A stretch of DNA of 63,824 nt, filler included, from Parasitella parasitica NRRL 2501 (Eukaryota > Fungi > Mucoromycota): the NCBI GenBank assembly GCA_025201805.1. It is 15 parts of 15 records of this genome, joined end to end, with 100 filler letters (N's around TTAATTAATTAA, not from the genome) between each part and the next. Parts side by side here need not be neighbours in the genome. Positions count along the whole stretch, not along the records: positions 12,861 to 39,957 come from MU619254.1; 14 more parts are not named here. One strand, 5' to 3'. Both the position numbers and the translations under genes were made by a program. Each line of letters starts with the position of its first letter. Within the stretch, counting starts at the first letter, position 1. Below, piece after piece: positions 26,105 through 39,289 of the stretch. The notes under the pieces were generated by a model. It saw only the letters and a list, made by a program, of their open reading frames with translations, searched no databases and was not told the origin of the DNA.

Positions 26105-26850
26105 TCTTGAGTGATTTTTGATTGTAGATTAAAATGAAAATAAAATTTTTTGCAGATGAAAAAAGATGATGAGGAAAATAAATTTTTTTCCAACCCTATT
26201 TATACCTTTTTTTTTCAATTTTAAACGACGAATAATTTTCCAAAGAGTCACAAATGTAACAACTAAAAACGGACTAGCGTGCTTTCGAAGCATAATGTAA
26301 CAAAAGGTCCTTCCCAAGCTAATGACAGCAAACCATATCAGATCACGTAATAAATCCAACATTTTCACAGCTTATACATGGCATTTATGACAATGTTAAA
26401 AGCTAAATCCACTGCAGCAGCCCTGTAGATACGCTAGCAATATTAAATAATCATATTAGCCACAACATTTCTGCTGATAGCAAATATTCCGTGAATTTCT
26501 TTGGTTGTCTATACTCGCAAGATTGAACAGAATTTTTAGAGGAAGAAACATTCGATTCCTCTGTTTATTTGCTACACATTAATAGACTACTTATTATACA
26601 AGTTATTGTGATATTGTCAAAATTGTATATTTAAAGTTCAAAAGAAGATCTCGTGCCATCATGAAATAGAAACCTGGAAACTTGCAAAAAAAAACCACAA
26701 GGCTATTGTGAAAAGAAAATATAATTACTGCAGATAAGAACCTAGGCTATCACATGGTACTGGTATCAATAAAATTAAAATCAATGTTTATTTGTCATAC
26801 TGAGCCTATTAAAGTGACGAAACTTGACAAGCGTGATGCTGCGTGTAATT

Positions 26851-28269
26851 TTACTCAACCGAGTCAAACCCTTTAATGTAACATACTTGATCCGTATCGC
26901 TGAACCAGTCAAACCCCTTCTTCTTGGCCTGTTCGAAAGTATACAAATCATGCGCATGGCTTGTCCAATGCGCGATATCGTAGGTGATGGAGGCACATTC
27001 CTTCATGTACACATCGCGAATGGTTTCCTCGTCTTCTTCTAACGCAGCATGTGGATACTGCGTCAAAGCCAAGTTGTGGATAATGACATTTTTCAAGGAG
27101 CTTCCACAGGTGTCGATAAGGGTGGGGATGAAATCAGACGAAACTACAAGCCGCGAGGCCGAGATATACAGCAACTGTAGCAGTGGCAATTGCTTTGCCA
27201 AGGCCACCCAAGCAGCTGAGGGCGCATGGCATGGCAGCTTATCGCACTCTTTGGTGACCGGATAGAACCTTTTGAATCCTAATGACAAGGTGCATAATCG
27301 CGACAATCGAGAGAGACTGGTGAGAGCTTGCTGTACATGGCAAGGATTTAATTCATGCAGCAGTATGGACAGCTTTTCTAGATGAGGCGAAGAGAGTGTC
27401 ATTTGTGTCAGTAGCGAAGATGTGATGGAATCTGTAGTTAATGCGAGCTGAGAAAGGTTATTGACAGCAAGCGATTGCAGCAATTTTGGTGGTATAGCAG
27501 AAACTTGGGTATCTTGGTAATGAAATGGATGCAGAAATGGCTGGTTTGTGGTGTCTATTAAATGGCTGTTTGTTTTCAGCTTTTTTGGTGGTTCTATCAA
27601 AACTTGCTGCAATAGGATGAATGTTGGTTTGAGCGTGGTTATTAGCTTTTCTAGCGTCGATTCTTTGATGGTACAGTTGGTCAGTGTGAGGGATGCTAAA
27701 GGCGGGCGGTGCTCTACTAGCGATAAAAAATCATTGAACGTATCGCGGCATTGATTCAGGTAAAGCTGGTTGAGCTGTGGACAATACTCTGCAAAATAAC
27801 GTAGTCCGTAGTGTTCTGATCTAGCCAACGGATGGAAATCTATTCTCAAAGCACGCAAATTGCACACTAGCTGAGCCATCAGTTTTGAGTTGAGCAGGTC
27901 GAAATGAGGGCCGCTGGTTAGATCTCGACTGAGAGAACGTACATAGTCGCCCAGATAGTAGTCTTCCTGAAACAATGCTTTTTTCGACAGAATATCAGTG
28001 GCCATTTGCACTGCTGCGCTTGGGCTCTTTTTATCGTCCTGACGAGGCAGGATAAACTCTTTGTCTTTCCACAAAAACGGCGCACACAAGATGTACAGCC
28101 TTCTGCAGCACAGCGCAATCGACTTTAAATGAACGTAGCTGTGCTCTGGATAGGACCATCCCAGAAACTGGTGCTTCTCATCGTTCCTCTCTTCTATTAA
28201 CGACGACAAATCGACAATTCGTTCCAACACTTCGCTTGGCAGTTTTAATAGATACGATTCGTTCGTCAT
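26851..28269 (-). CDS. F-box / leucine-rich-repeat (RNI-like) protein, intronless, 472 aa
   Basis: F-box LLKLPSEVLERI...SIALCCRRLY...PFLWK followed by LxxLxL repeats (CPQLNQLYL, LASLTL, PHLEKLSI). Confidence 0.8.
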   Translation of the reverse strand: MTNESYLLKLPSEVLERIVDLSSLIEERNDEKHQFLGWSYPEHSYVHLKSIALCCRRLYILCAPFLWKDKEFILPRQDDKKSPSAAVQMATDILSKKALFQEDYYLGDYVRSLSRDLTSGPHFDLLNSKLMAQLVCNLRALRIDFHPLARSEHYGLRYFAEYCPQLNQLYLNQCRDTFNDFLSLVEHRPPLASLTLTNCTIKESTLEKLITTLKPTFILLQQVLIEPPKKLKTNSHLIDTTNQPFLHPFHYQDTQVSAIPPKLLQSLAVNNLSQLALTTDSITSSLLTQMTLSSPHLEKLSILLHELNPCHVQQALTSLSRLSRLCTLSLGFKRFYPVTKECDKLPCHAPSAAWVALAKQLPLLQLLYISASRLVVSSDFIPTLIDTCGSSLKNVIIHNLALTQYPHAALEEDEETIRDVYMKECASITYDIAHWTSHAHDLYTFEQAKKKGFDWFSDTDQVCYIKGFDSVE

Positions 28270-28435
28270 GTCTTATTAGAGAGAATGGGAGGGAGAGAGA
28301 GAAAGAGTAAAAGAGTAAAAAAAAAGCAAAGAAAAAAGGTGTCTATTTATGTGTGTTGCAATCTATCGGTGGTCGTGAGAATATCAAAAAGGAGGGGTAA
28401 AAAAAACAATAAACACATGCTGCTGACTGAATAAA

Positions 28436-28682
28436 TTATGCGATAAATGGCATTAACGTAGGTGTTTTTGCTCTGTATGCGGTCCATTCCTGCCCAAAGA
28501 AACGATGCAATGTGTGTTCTTCATACTGGATGCGCTCAGAAAAGAACTTTTGAAGCCAGTAGACGAACAGACCGAGACAGACTGGGTTGATCAGTAGTAC
28601 CTGAACGCCGATGGCCCACCAATAAAAGCCAAAGTATGAGGGATGTCTCATCAGACTGTTATAAAGCTGTTAAAGGAGACAC

Positions 28683-28719
<37 letters not shown>

Positions 28720-29385
28720 CAAGTATACACATTAACATACCTGTACACGCCATGCTGAACCAGAACATGATCATGTTCCTTGTAATCTGCAATGTGATGA
28801 GAAAAGTTGTGTCTACAGGAAAACATGGCAATGGTACGACATGATTGACCGGTGATCACCAGAATCAGGCCAATGCAATTGATCCAACTGAACGTTTTGT
28901 ACGAAGGAAAGAAATAATACTCGATCAAAAACTCTAGCAAGGCGGCAGCGTGGGCCGCATGGTAATGTGCACTGTGGTTAATGAGATAGGCTACGCAAAA
29001 TAGTGAGTGAAACCCTCGTACGAGATAAAAACGAGACCATCTGGCGCTTACAGTCGAGGGACAGTTTGTCAGCATTGAATAAAGCGGTTGCAATGTATTC
29101 CAAAAAGTGGAACAGCGAAAGAGCAGCAAGAAAGATGCCAAACTGAGGTATTTTGGAGTCGCTTAGGACGGCAAACATGATTCCTGCACTGCACACCATG
29201 CCTAAAATAAACCCGTACACTGAAATGTTCTGTGGGCTGTTCTTTCCGTCAAAGATGTGGATTTCGTCCTTTGTCGAATGCTCTTTGGAAGCATACGGCT
29301 TTCCTGGTGGTAGCAGTCGGATATTGGGGTCTGCGTCTGCTTTGTCTCCAAGAACACGATGAATATTCAAGCTGGGTGTGCTCAT
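28436..29385 (-). CDS. STE14: Protein-S-isoprenylcysteine O-methyltransferase
   Basis: Motifs FHFLEY..TA, GQ..R.IAM...NFSH, HVLVQHGVY|..MRHPSYFGFYWW and RIQYEE. Two introns. Confidence 0.95.
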
Positions 29386-29570
29386 CTTGTACAAGAAAAA
29401 AGAGAGAAAGGAAGAGGGAGAACAGACACAATGAAAATCCCTCTCCAGACATGTAATTTAGCCCAATCACGTGTAGAGTGCAACTGGGACACATGCAGAC
29501 GGCATTTCGGGAAGGCAAGGTGGTGTACGCTTCCCTTTTTCCTCTCTTTTATCGCCCCCAAAAGCCAGAC

Positions 29571-30608
29571 ATGTACAATTCAACTCGACTCAAGGTGCAG
29601 CTTAAATTATGCATTAACCGTCTCAAGATGCTGCAAGCCAAGAAAACCTCGCTTAACCAGCAAAATCGAAGAGAAATTGGGACGCTATTAGAAAAGAAAA
29701 GAGAAGAGAGTGCTCGTGTAAGGGTCGAGCATATCATTCGCGATGATCTTTTGATCGAGACATTGGAGACTTTGGAATTGTATTGCGATCTACTGTTGGC
29801 TCGCTTTGGATTACTAGAAACATACAAGTAAAGTAGCTTTGACACTATCCACGGCATGAACGTGAATATTCATTTTAACAACATACACAAAAAAAAAAAG
29901 GACCTGTGATCCAAGCATTCTTGAAGCTGTACAAACCATCATCTGGGCTACACCCCGTGTTAGCGAAGTGAAAGAGCTTGGCTTGGTATGCGTATCTCTA
30001 ATACAAAATCCCTGCGTGTTTCCTTACTAACAAGCTGCTGCTACTAGGTGAGAGATCAATTAGCATCCAAATACGGAAAAGAGTTTATGATGCAGGCATT
30101 GGAAAATGAAGACGAAAACGTGAATCCTAAAGTAAGAGGGGGGCAGTACAGCGTGTGACCTGGGGTTTGTATTGATGTGATATTTGCTCTAGATAATCAT
30201 GAAACTTCAAGTGAATGCTCCTGATGCATTTCTCGTCGAGCGCTATTTGGAAGAAATCGCTCGAACCTATGACATTAAATGGAAATCAAACCTTATCGAG
30301 CATGAAGAAGAGGAGGAAGAGGACATTGACAGCAACGGAGAGGGAGGAGGAGGACAAGCCGAGGTATGTGCTCTCTCTCATTCAAAATCATGCAAATCTA
30401 ATTCTACTGCCCATAGCTACTGCCTCCTTTACAGGCCAATGCCGTGGACGAACCCCAGTTGGATTTGCCACAAATTCCCTCTGTTTCGCCGTTAGGAAAG
30501 AGCAATATGGCACCGCAACAGCCACTATCCAGACCCGGGGCCGATGCAGACGATCCCAATGATTTTGATGCTTTAGCAAGACGCCTTGATGCTTTGAAGC
30601 GAAAGTAA
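29571..30608 (+). CDS. IST1: Ist1, ESCRT-III-associated regulator of Vps4
   Basis: Motifs LKVQLKLCINRLKMLQ, ARVRVEHIIRDD, ELYCDLLLARFG and YLEEIA, with C-terminal MIM1 DFDALARRLDALKRK. Four introns. Confidence 0.93.
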
Positions 30609-30758
30609 TAAAGAGACTGCTTTTAGGTCCATTTGCAAACCAATCTGTTAGAGTGATAACCATATCATGATCGCTGCTCTTTTTTTGCAATTCTTCTTTT
30701 TTACCTATTTTTTTTTTTTCTTTCCAACACAAATCAATTCCATAGTATATATATCTAT

Positions 30759-31366
30759 ATGAGTGGCCATGATATGAATGACGACAAAACCAGCACCATA
30801 GCAAAGGAAGGTGTTCTAAATGACGAGTCTACAAGTGAAATCCTGGAGGTATTGCCAGAGGCAGCAAAAGCCAAAGAAGAACCAGCTACTGCTTCTGCTG
30901 CCGTGACAGAAGCTACTTTTAAATCTACTTCGGTGGCCTTGATAGAAAAACTGCTGCAGTTTAGTACACCTCGTCTTGACTCCAAAATTGTCAATGTCTT
31001 GTTTCTCGAAGGTATGTATTGCTGGGGCTTTTTTTTTTTTTNNNNNNNNNNNNNNNNNNNNNNNNNNNNNNNNNNNNNNNNNNNNNNNNNNNNNNNNNNN
31101 NNNNNNNNNNNNNNNNNNNNNNNNNNNNNNNNNNNNNNNNNNNNNNNNNNNNNNNNNNNNNNNNNNNNNNNNNNNNNNNNNNNNNNNNNNNNNNNNNNNN
31201 NNNNNNNNNNNNNNNNNNNNNNNNNNNNNNNNNNNNNNNNNNNNNNNNNNNNNNNNNNNNNNNNNNNNNNNNNNNNNNNNNNNNNNNNNNNNNNNNNNNN
31301 NNNNNNNNNNNNNNNNNNNNNNNNNNNNNNNATGGCTGCCTCCTTCTGGGAAAATTACAATAGATT

Positions 31367-31402
<36 letters not shown>

Positions 31403-33175
31403 GATTTGATTTGGGTTGCATAGTGAATCACTTGTTTGAAATGTTTCTACCAAATTCGCATGGTAATTTCAATCATTTCTTCAAGATATTCCAGCATCTG
31501 GTTAGGCGCCATCCAGGCGACATGTTGGAATTTGTCATTATGCGAGACAATGCCTCCATCCTCTTCAATTACATGCTGCCTTACCTGACAGAAAGTTCTG
31601 TCATGGATTCGATACTCAGTTTGATTTTTGTGCGTGATATCAACCCTGAAACTAAACTAGAGCGCGAAAAGAGCCACGAAAAAATGTATCAGTTGAGTTT
31701 TTTGGAATGGATTGTGAGCAAAATGCAAATGAAAGGTACATTATTACGTCTATTTTTTTTTTTTTTGCAAGACAATCTCTCACCAGGATTGCGCATAGAT
31801 CATCCGGAATATGTGGAGGCAGCACAGGAATTTTTCCTGCGAGTGATAGAAGAGGCATCGCAAGTAGACAACGGAGATATATTATTCAAAGCCTTGAAGG
31901 ATGAAAAAGGAGTGGAGATTATGCAAGTATTGGTAAAGCAGGTGATAAATAACCCACCTTCCGAAGAAAGAGAACGTACGATAAATATTGTAAAGTTGCT
32001 AGTAAAGAGGTACTATTATTTCTCATTGTTGGAAAATGGCTCTCATGCTGGAAATTTAGTGGCATGTTGACAACAAGAGCATCTTCGTTATCTCAGCCCG
32101 TACAAGGACCACTTTACTATGTATCTTTACGCTCACAAGATTTGTTGGTAAAGCATATTCCGGAATTTTGTTTGTTATTTGTCAATGATCGACAATCGAT
32201 CAACACCAAAATGTAAGTTCCGTTACTGCCATGACCTTTTTATACTAAACTGATTCAATAGTGCTCCTCTGACAACATCAGATTTAGATCTTTTGGACAT
32301 TATCTACCAAACACTGTATAACGCAAATGAAAAAACACAGATGCTGGCGTCTACTCCAACTGCTTTTTGGAAAATTCTCGTGAATTCTTTTTTCGAAAAG
32401 TCTTGCAGTAATATTTATCATACCTTATTTTATAGAATTGTCTGTTTGACATTAGCCATCAACTACGAACCGACCTTGATTGTCCTTGTAAGAAAGCAAA
32501 GCTTGATTACCAGAATGATTGATGCGTATGAAGACAGAAAGAAAATTACTGGTATATATTTATACGTGTGTCGTTTAGAATCAACATGCGACAAAAATAC
32601 CAACTTTAAGCCTGATTTTAATCCTAATCCTTCCAGAGACTCGCGGATTCATTCTCTTGATCTTGAACCAATTAAGGTTAATGGCAGATGCTCATCACTC
32701 TGATTTGATTTCTCGCATCATTTCAGTACATCCGCGCTATCAAGAATTCCTACCGACATTGAGAAAAGACACACTTGCGCAAACTGAACCTAATTACTCG
32801 TGGAAGTTGGAAGCATGTCCTAGACCACCAGCACATTTAGGGCCCACCCCTCCCATCCAAGCTATTCACTTTTCGCCTTACGGCGGCACATTACCGCTGA
32901 TGAGCAATGTAAACGACAATGACGATGCATCGGGTATCGAACTGGGCAGTGATTTTGCCTACTGCCTCGGATTTAAAGAGACAGAGAGAGGAACAGAAAC
33001 TCCACACGATTACCTGTCCCGCAGAAACTCGGATCACTCTTCGTCTCAATCTACCAATGAAGGATTTCCGATGGATATCATATGGGGCGAAAGCCTCACA
33101 GCCAACGACAACCAGAGAGAAGATGAGTCTGATTCATCATCTAAAAGCAAAAGCAAAAAGAAAAAAAGGAGATGA
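30759..33175 (+). CDS. SAPS / PP6 regulatory subunit-like helical protein (assembly gap inside)
   Basis: Spliced ORFs with FWKILVNSFFEKSCSNIYHTLFY and ETRGFILLILNQL resemble the SAPS C-terminal region. Confidence 0.55.
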
Positions 33176-33314
33176 AAACGCAAATGTAATAAACGGCTCT
33201 TCAATCATCCGACATGTACCGTATAATAATGTTTGATAATTTTTTTTTTTTTTTTTTTGTTTTTCCTTCCCTTTCTTCACTTTTATTATTTTGTGATATT
33301 TGTATATATATACC

Positions 33315-34486
33315 ATGTATTCCAGTTCAGAAGAAGAATATGATTGCCCACTCTGCATGGAAGAGTTGGATATTGCAGAACGGAATTTTAGACCCTGTCC
33401 GTGTGGATATAAGGTTGGAATCATGATGTCGTCGTTGAAGAAAGGATTTTACTAACAACAACAACAATCAGATCTGTCGCTTCTGTTGGCATCATATTCG
33501 TGAAAATTTGAACGGTCGCTGTCCTGCATGGTATGTTGCGCCTGGATACTAGGGGTTATTTTTTTTTATTTTTTATTTTTTTTATACTGATGCCTTGTCG
33601 CATTAGTCGTAGAGAATACTCTGACCAGAATGCAGAATTCGAGCCTATTAGCAAAGACGAGTAAGTCGATGATTATATAATTTTTTAGCGACGAGTGTTC
33701 ACGCATCTATCCAAGACTCTCTCGCATCAAGCGGGAAAAAAAGGAAAAAGAGCGACAACAAAAGGACATGGACCTGGCTAATAGACGACATCTGGCAAGC
33801 ATGAGAGTCGTCCAAAAGAATCTTGTCTACATAATCGGCCTCCACCCAAAGCTAGCCACAGAGGAAATCATTAGATCGTCAGAATATTTCGGACACTTTG
33901 GCAAGATTGCAAAGATTGTCATCAACAAGAGACAAATTGCACCTACTTCGCATGCAAATGGAGCCACTTCCATGCAGCCTAGCGCTGCTGTTTATGTGAC
34001 ATATGTCAGAAAAGAGGACGCAGCAAAAGCAATACACGCAGTCAACGGAAGCGTCATGGCTGGCAGAATATTAAGAGCCTCGTTTGGCACGACGAAATAC
34101 TGCACCTATTACCTTCGCAATATGGCTTGTCCAAATCCAAACTGCCTCTATTTACATGAGCCAGGGGAAGATGCAGACACGATCTCAAAGGAGGAACTGG
34201 CAACCGGTAAACATCGCATAAGAAACCAGATGGCAAATGATGACTCGGACGACCAACACAATGACTCTGACGACGCAGACGATGATGCTGACGATGAGGA
34301 TTACCAATGTCTAGCCAGCTATCCAGAGCTATCTTCTTCTAAAGATGATAGGTCTGCATTACCAGCAACTGCCTCTTGGGGCAAAACAAGTACGCCAGCT
34401 ACACCCATCGCCAAGAACAGTCAACTACCTGACCGTGCGTTGACGCCTGATGCATTTGGACCACCGTTAGCGGTTGCAGTTGCTCA

Positions 34487-34520
<34 letters not shown>

Positions 34521-35162
34521 AGGCAACAGCAGCTATCTCCTAGCACATTGAAACGTAAATTAGAAAAGAAAAAACGAAAGGAGCTATTTCGCCAAAGGAA
34601 AGAAGAGGGATTGCAGCTCAAGCAGAAAGAACAGGGACCAGCAGTAGAGCCCTCGTCATCGCCAGCAACAACAACAACAACAGCAGCAGCAACAGCAGCA
34701 ACAGCAGCAACAGCAGCAGCAAACACTCCATTGCCCAAACAGACTCAGCATCAGCCTGCCAAAGCTCAACCTTCAACAGAAGGATTTGAATTTGATAATC
34801 TCGTCAACTTTGTATTAGGCGATGCATTCAATCAGGTATGTGTGCCAGACGCAAACTTTACAACCGATGATAAGCCTGTTGGCGTCACTGGTCTTTACGA
34901 GTCGGATGAAGACAACCTCATTCAAACGCCTAATCACAATAACGTGGTCGACAGCAGCTTGGCAAAAGACTTTGATAAGCTCAATTTTGACACTATTTCA
35001 CCGTTGGAATTTTTGACACAAGCCATGCCCACACCAACCTATACAGGCACATTTAACCCATTTGCACACCAGTTGTCAAGAACTTCACCACCAATAGAAA
35101 ACACTAGCTTATTTGACTCTCCTGTGCGAAAAACGTCTCGATTTGGCTTTGCACAATTTTAA
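33315..35162 (+). CDS. NOT4: CCR4-NOT E3 ligase Not4/Mot2 (C4C4 RING, RRM, C3H1 zinc finger)
   Basis: Motifs CPLCMEELD..RPCPCGY|ICRFCW..CPAC, RVVQKNLVY, FGTTKYC..C.NPNCLYLH and C-terminal SRFGFA. Confidence 0.96.
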
Positions 35163-35224
35163 AATTTTCCCCCTCTTCCTATTCTCCACCTCCTATATAA
35201 ACACATATACTAGATAAAATAAAC

Positions 35225-35694
35225 ATGAATTACAATAGCAATGGCAATAGTGTATTTAGATGCGACCGGATATTTTGCTGTTTTGGTAACAAAGGAAGGC
35301 AGATGGGCGTCTATTTTGCGGGTATTCTGGTATATTATCGTGTATTTCCGTTGGCTGGTAAAAACTAACAACGCTGCAGTTTGCTTTGGGCTGGTGGGCA
35401 TTTATTGACGGATTAGCAGCTCTTTGGCGTCTGAAGGACCGTAAGATCGCTCCGGGAATAGAAGATTGGGCGCCTGGTATTATCACAACTTTTGGAATGA
35501 TAATGTAAATTGTAGCGCGTATTCTGCTGCTTGTGCAACATTGCTAATGCTGCATGTTATCCCCATAGTGTGAGTTTGATCGATAAAGAGGCATTAAAAG
35601 GACATGGATATGACGGTGAGCAGTATATCTGGAGGGCAAGATTGTTCTTATTTTTCGGATTCGCTTTCATGGCAGGAGGATTCGCAGGATCTGT

Positions 35695-35731
<37 letters not shown>

Positions 35732-35941
35732 TTGCGTAAAACGACATGGCAAAAAACACTGACTAGTAGGTTATAGGCTGTTTTAGTCACAAAATACATA
35801 TATGATGAAACTTTAGATCTCGATAATATTTATTTGGGTATCACGGATGTAGTCCAAAGCTCTTTGATTATGCTCAGTACAGGTATATTGTGGTTGGTTC
35901 AGAGCTCGGAATCAGACCCTCAATATCACGCAATCTATTAA
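35225..35941 (+). CDS. VPS68: Vacuolar protein sorting protein Vps68 (TMEM50 family)
   Basis: Motifs GVYFAGIL|FALGWWAFID, EDWAPGI..TFGMI|.SLIDK and WRARLFLFFGFAFMAGGFAGS. Three introns. Confidence 0.9.
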
Positions 35942-36231
35942 AGGCTACGTCCCTTCATTTTTTTGATCTTGTGGTGTTAATGATGCCGAAATAAAGACAA
36001 TGGATATATTTTTAAATTGACTACACACTGTGGACAAATGGATCATGCTCTTTGTTTTTCAAACGGACAATTCATAATGCGTGGTTGCCAATCGAGCTCT
36101 CTTTGTCTTGCACTAATAATTTCTGTAATCTTGAGATAAACTTGATTATTTCCCAATGCACGTATATAAAGGAAGGCTGATTAAATGAACATCTTTTTTT
36201 TTTTTTTTACTCTTTCATATTAATCCTAAAA

Positions 36232-37039
36232 ATGCAGACTCGACGAGGACAAATACCATCAAATCCTGGTAAAAAAAAAACGATTTTTTTGTTGTCCATG
36301 AAAGCATTGCCTGATTTTACACTATCCAGTAGTGATTCAAAACGTTCGATGTCCGTATTGTGGCAGAACAGATCTCAAAAATAAACGAGGATTAGCAATT
36401 CATGTCAGACGTTCAAAAGAGTGTGGATCACCACCAGTTCAAGAATCTGCATTTCTGTCTTTACTTGTTTCATCGTCTCCCATTAATCGACCTTTCTTGA
36501 TTACAGTGCAAAATATGTTTATAGTTATCATCAATGTTCCATATATCGTGAAATGCTTCGATGCCGTCCTGATGCTATTGTACAATATTGTGAACCACTT
36601 TATAGATATACCTCTTCTTATAAATCGCTCGCTAAATGGATTCATGCTTATTTGGACATTCTGTACTGATCCAGATAGGGTAACAACGCCTATCTTTCCA
36701 AGTTCTGTTCAGCCATATTGGAATAAAATATACGAAGGCCTGAACAAACTCATAGACATGGCTCTTTTTTCACGCCGATTGTTTGCTGTTTGGAAATTCT
36801 TGGTCACTCCCATCCAAATTGACACAGAAGAATACTATGCAAAGCTCAGTGCGAGCTCAGCACTGCCACGATGGTTGAAGGATACTCTAATTAAACTTTG
36901 TAGATTCATAGAGCTTATATTAGGATCGTACTTGATTAGCAGGGCCCTTATCTGGATGTTCGGTTTTCTACTTTCTTACATTCCAGTTGCCGTGGCAGAG
37001 ACCAATAGTTTACTTCTCACTCAAACATCAAAGAGTTGA
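36232..37039 (+). CDS. Hypothetical protein: N-terminal zinc finger plus hydrophobic helices
   Basis: TATATAAA at ~36163, ATG at 36232 and a GT-AG intron at 36269-36329 that splices in frame. Zinc finger CPYCG..LKNKRGLAIHVRRSKEC. Confidence 0.6.
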
Positions 37040-37334
37040 ATGCAATAATAATAATAATAAAAAACACGATGTTTTGTTTATTTTTCTGTGTTTACAATAG
37101 CAGTAAAGATAGTAACAATGCACAGGCGATGTTTTATCCGAAAGCATTGAGTCTAGGGCTTCATCATACGTTTCTCGCTAATATTTTTATATTATTGGCA
37201 ACACATTGTGGTGAAATTTGTATGTGCTGCATCAATTAACGAGATGAAGCGTATGCTCAGCCTTTGTTCTTCCCTCCCCCCTCCCCCCTCCCCCAAAAAA
37301 TACCAGCTAAAATCTGTGGACATGCCTAAATCTT

Positions 37335-39289
37335 CACTACATGGTAATCGAGCTTAACGTAATATATATTTTCACAAGGACAAAGGTATGCGAATTCTAA
37401 TGGAACCAACTTTTAAGAGCTTGAGATAATAGTGTGTAATTATTCACTTGTCGGATGAGTTTTCTTTGATGTGTAATATGTGTTTGCTTTGATTTCATTC
37501 CTTTTGAATCTAATAAGATGAGACAATAACCATTATCACCAAATGGCATGGCTTGTAACTGCTGTTCTTACACTCTAAAGCTCAAAAAAAAAAAAATACC
37601 CCTCCCCCTTTTTTCCCTAAAAACACTAGATCCTTTATTTTCAGTTTTCAAGTTGACTTTTTGGCTTTTGTTGGTAGCCAATGCTAAGGGCGCTTTTCAC
37701 AAGTGAAACCCCAGTAAAAGTCCTTGTATGGACATGTGAAAACATTTCACGTCAACGTATTGGGGTCCGGTATGTAATCTTCTGTTGGTATATTTTAACT
37801 AGATGTTTGCTTTTAGGAATATTCAGAAAAACACAAGAGCTACTATTAATGGCTCTGTTAATTATGATGAGAACAACAAGGACATATAAACTGATCAGGT
37901 GTTTTCTTCCCAACCAACTTTATGAAAATGTCGGTTTAATAGAGCGTTTCAGACAGCGTACAGAAACCAACAATCCGACCAACAACCCAGCCATCTTTGA
38001 TATATCTGTTGAGCTTGCGGCTCCTCAGGCTTCGAAAAGCATTACTAAAGACATCTTGGCTACTTAATTAATCAGGCAATCAGGCGTTTGAAATCTAAAT
38101 GACATGTAAAGATCCAAGTTTATCAGCGACAACAACAGAGTCCACTATCAACGCCACCAAATTAACAGATGACAGCATGGTACTGATGGTTGCTATGTTT
38201 ACGCATTTTTAATTCGCCTTCTTTTGGAAGTCCTATATGCACACTTGTGGTTTGTGTGGCAGTACTAAACGGTTTCTTTATGGTTTTTCATCTATTTGAC
38301 ATGGTTTAATCCACAAAACCGGTAAAAATTAGGTAGCCAACGTCCGTGGGAATCTGTTTTCTCAAGAACGAGCCATCGGTCAGATACAAGAGGCTGATAA
38401 AAAGCAAGAGCAATGTTGAGGAAAATGCAACAAGGGTGCTGGAACGACTTGCTGTTCGTTCGTATATTGCCAACTTGCCAGATGAATCATTCTTTGGCAC
38501 GCTTGATATGCTTGGTCCTCGCTCCTACAGTGCCAAATTATTTTGGGACGTATTCTGTCCAGATACTGAACAAATGCTGCAGCTGTGGGACCCAATCTTT
38601 TGTTCAAATCTCCATGATCTTCCATTCAAAATAGGGAAATCGAAGTTTTTATCTGCTCTTCGTAATTTCTATCTTCGTTCCATCAATGTATCCTTTAACG
38701 ATCAGATGCTGGTGGATGGCTGTGTTGATCCGGATGTGGAAAGCCATGGGATGATGGTGCTGGGATGTAGAGTCTGGGAGAACGATAAAACAATTTGGAA
38801 ATCCCAATTGTATGCCAATGAAATCAAGGAACACCGTCGCAACAACACGTTCATCATGTTCAAAGCTACACATAGAACCAAGTAAGTAATATACAATGTA
38901 AAAAAAAGATATACGTGTATTCGCCTTTCTTTTATGCATAGTAGGCGTGGTGAACCTTTGGTAAATAGGTATGTGGGATCCATCTTGGTTTTTTTTTTTT
39001 CACACTCTCTCTCCATGATATCCCTCGTCTTTTGGTCGCCATTGAAATGGCTGAGGAAAACAAAGTCGCTAACTATGACCCAACAATCCCTTTTGTCAAG
39101 TTTTCCAATATGCCAAAGAAATGTGCGATCATTCGAATTGGTGATAGCACTTCCAGCGTCAGTCTCTTGAAATCAACACAAGTAAATCGATACAAAGTAA
39201 TATTATCAAAGCCGTTTAAAGAGAGCCTAGCTTCAATAAAATTGAGATTTTTGAACCACTTTACACGTAAATGTCACGGTGATTTGTGA
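37335..39289 (+). mobile_element. Decayed CACTA/EnSpm (CMC)-like transposon
   Basis: Starts CACTACATGG. Frameshifted ERAIG/RYKRLIKSKSN..NA..LER.A..SY and later segments resemble Mucorales Tnp2-like transposase C-termini. Confidence 0.55.

Noticed and set aside
14975-35941. Apparent cluster of trafficking genes (CLC, SEC9, IST1, VPS68)
   Set aside because: They are interspersed with unrelated housekeeping genes, consistent with ordinary compact fungal gene order.
12887-35941. U12-type (minor) introns
   Set aside because: No RTATCCTT donor was seen at any inferred splice site.
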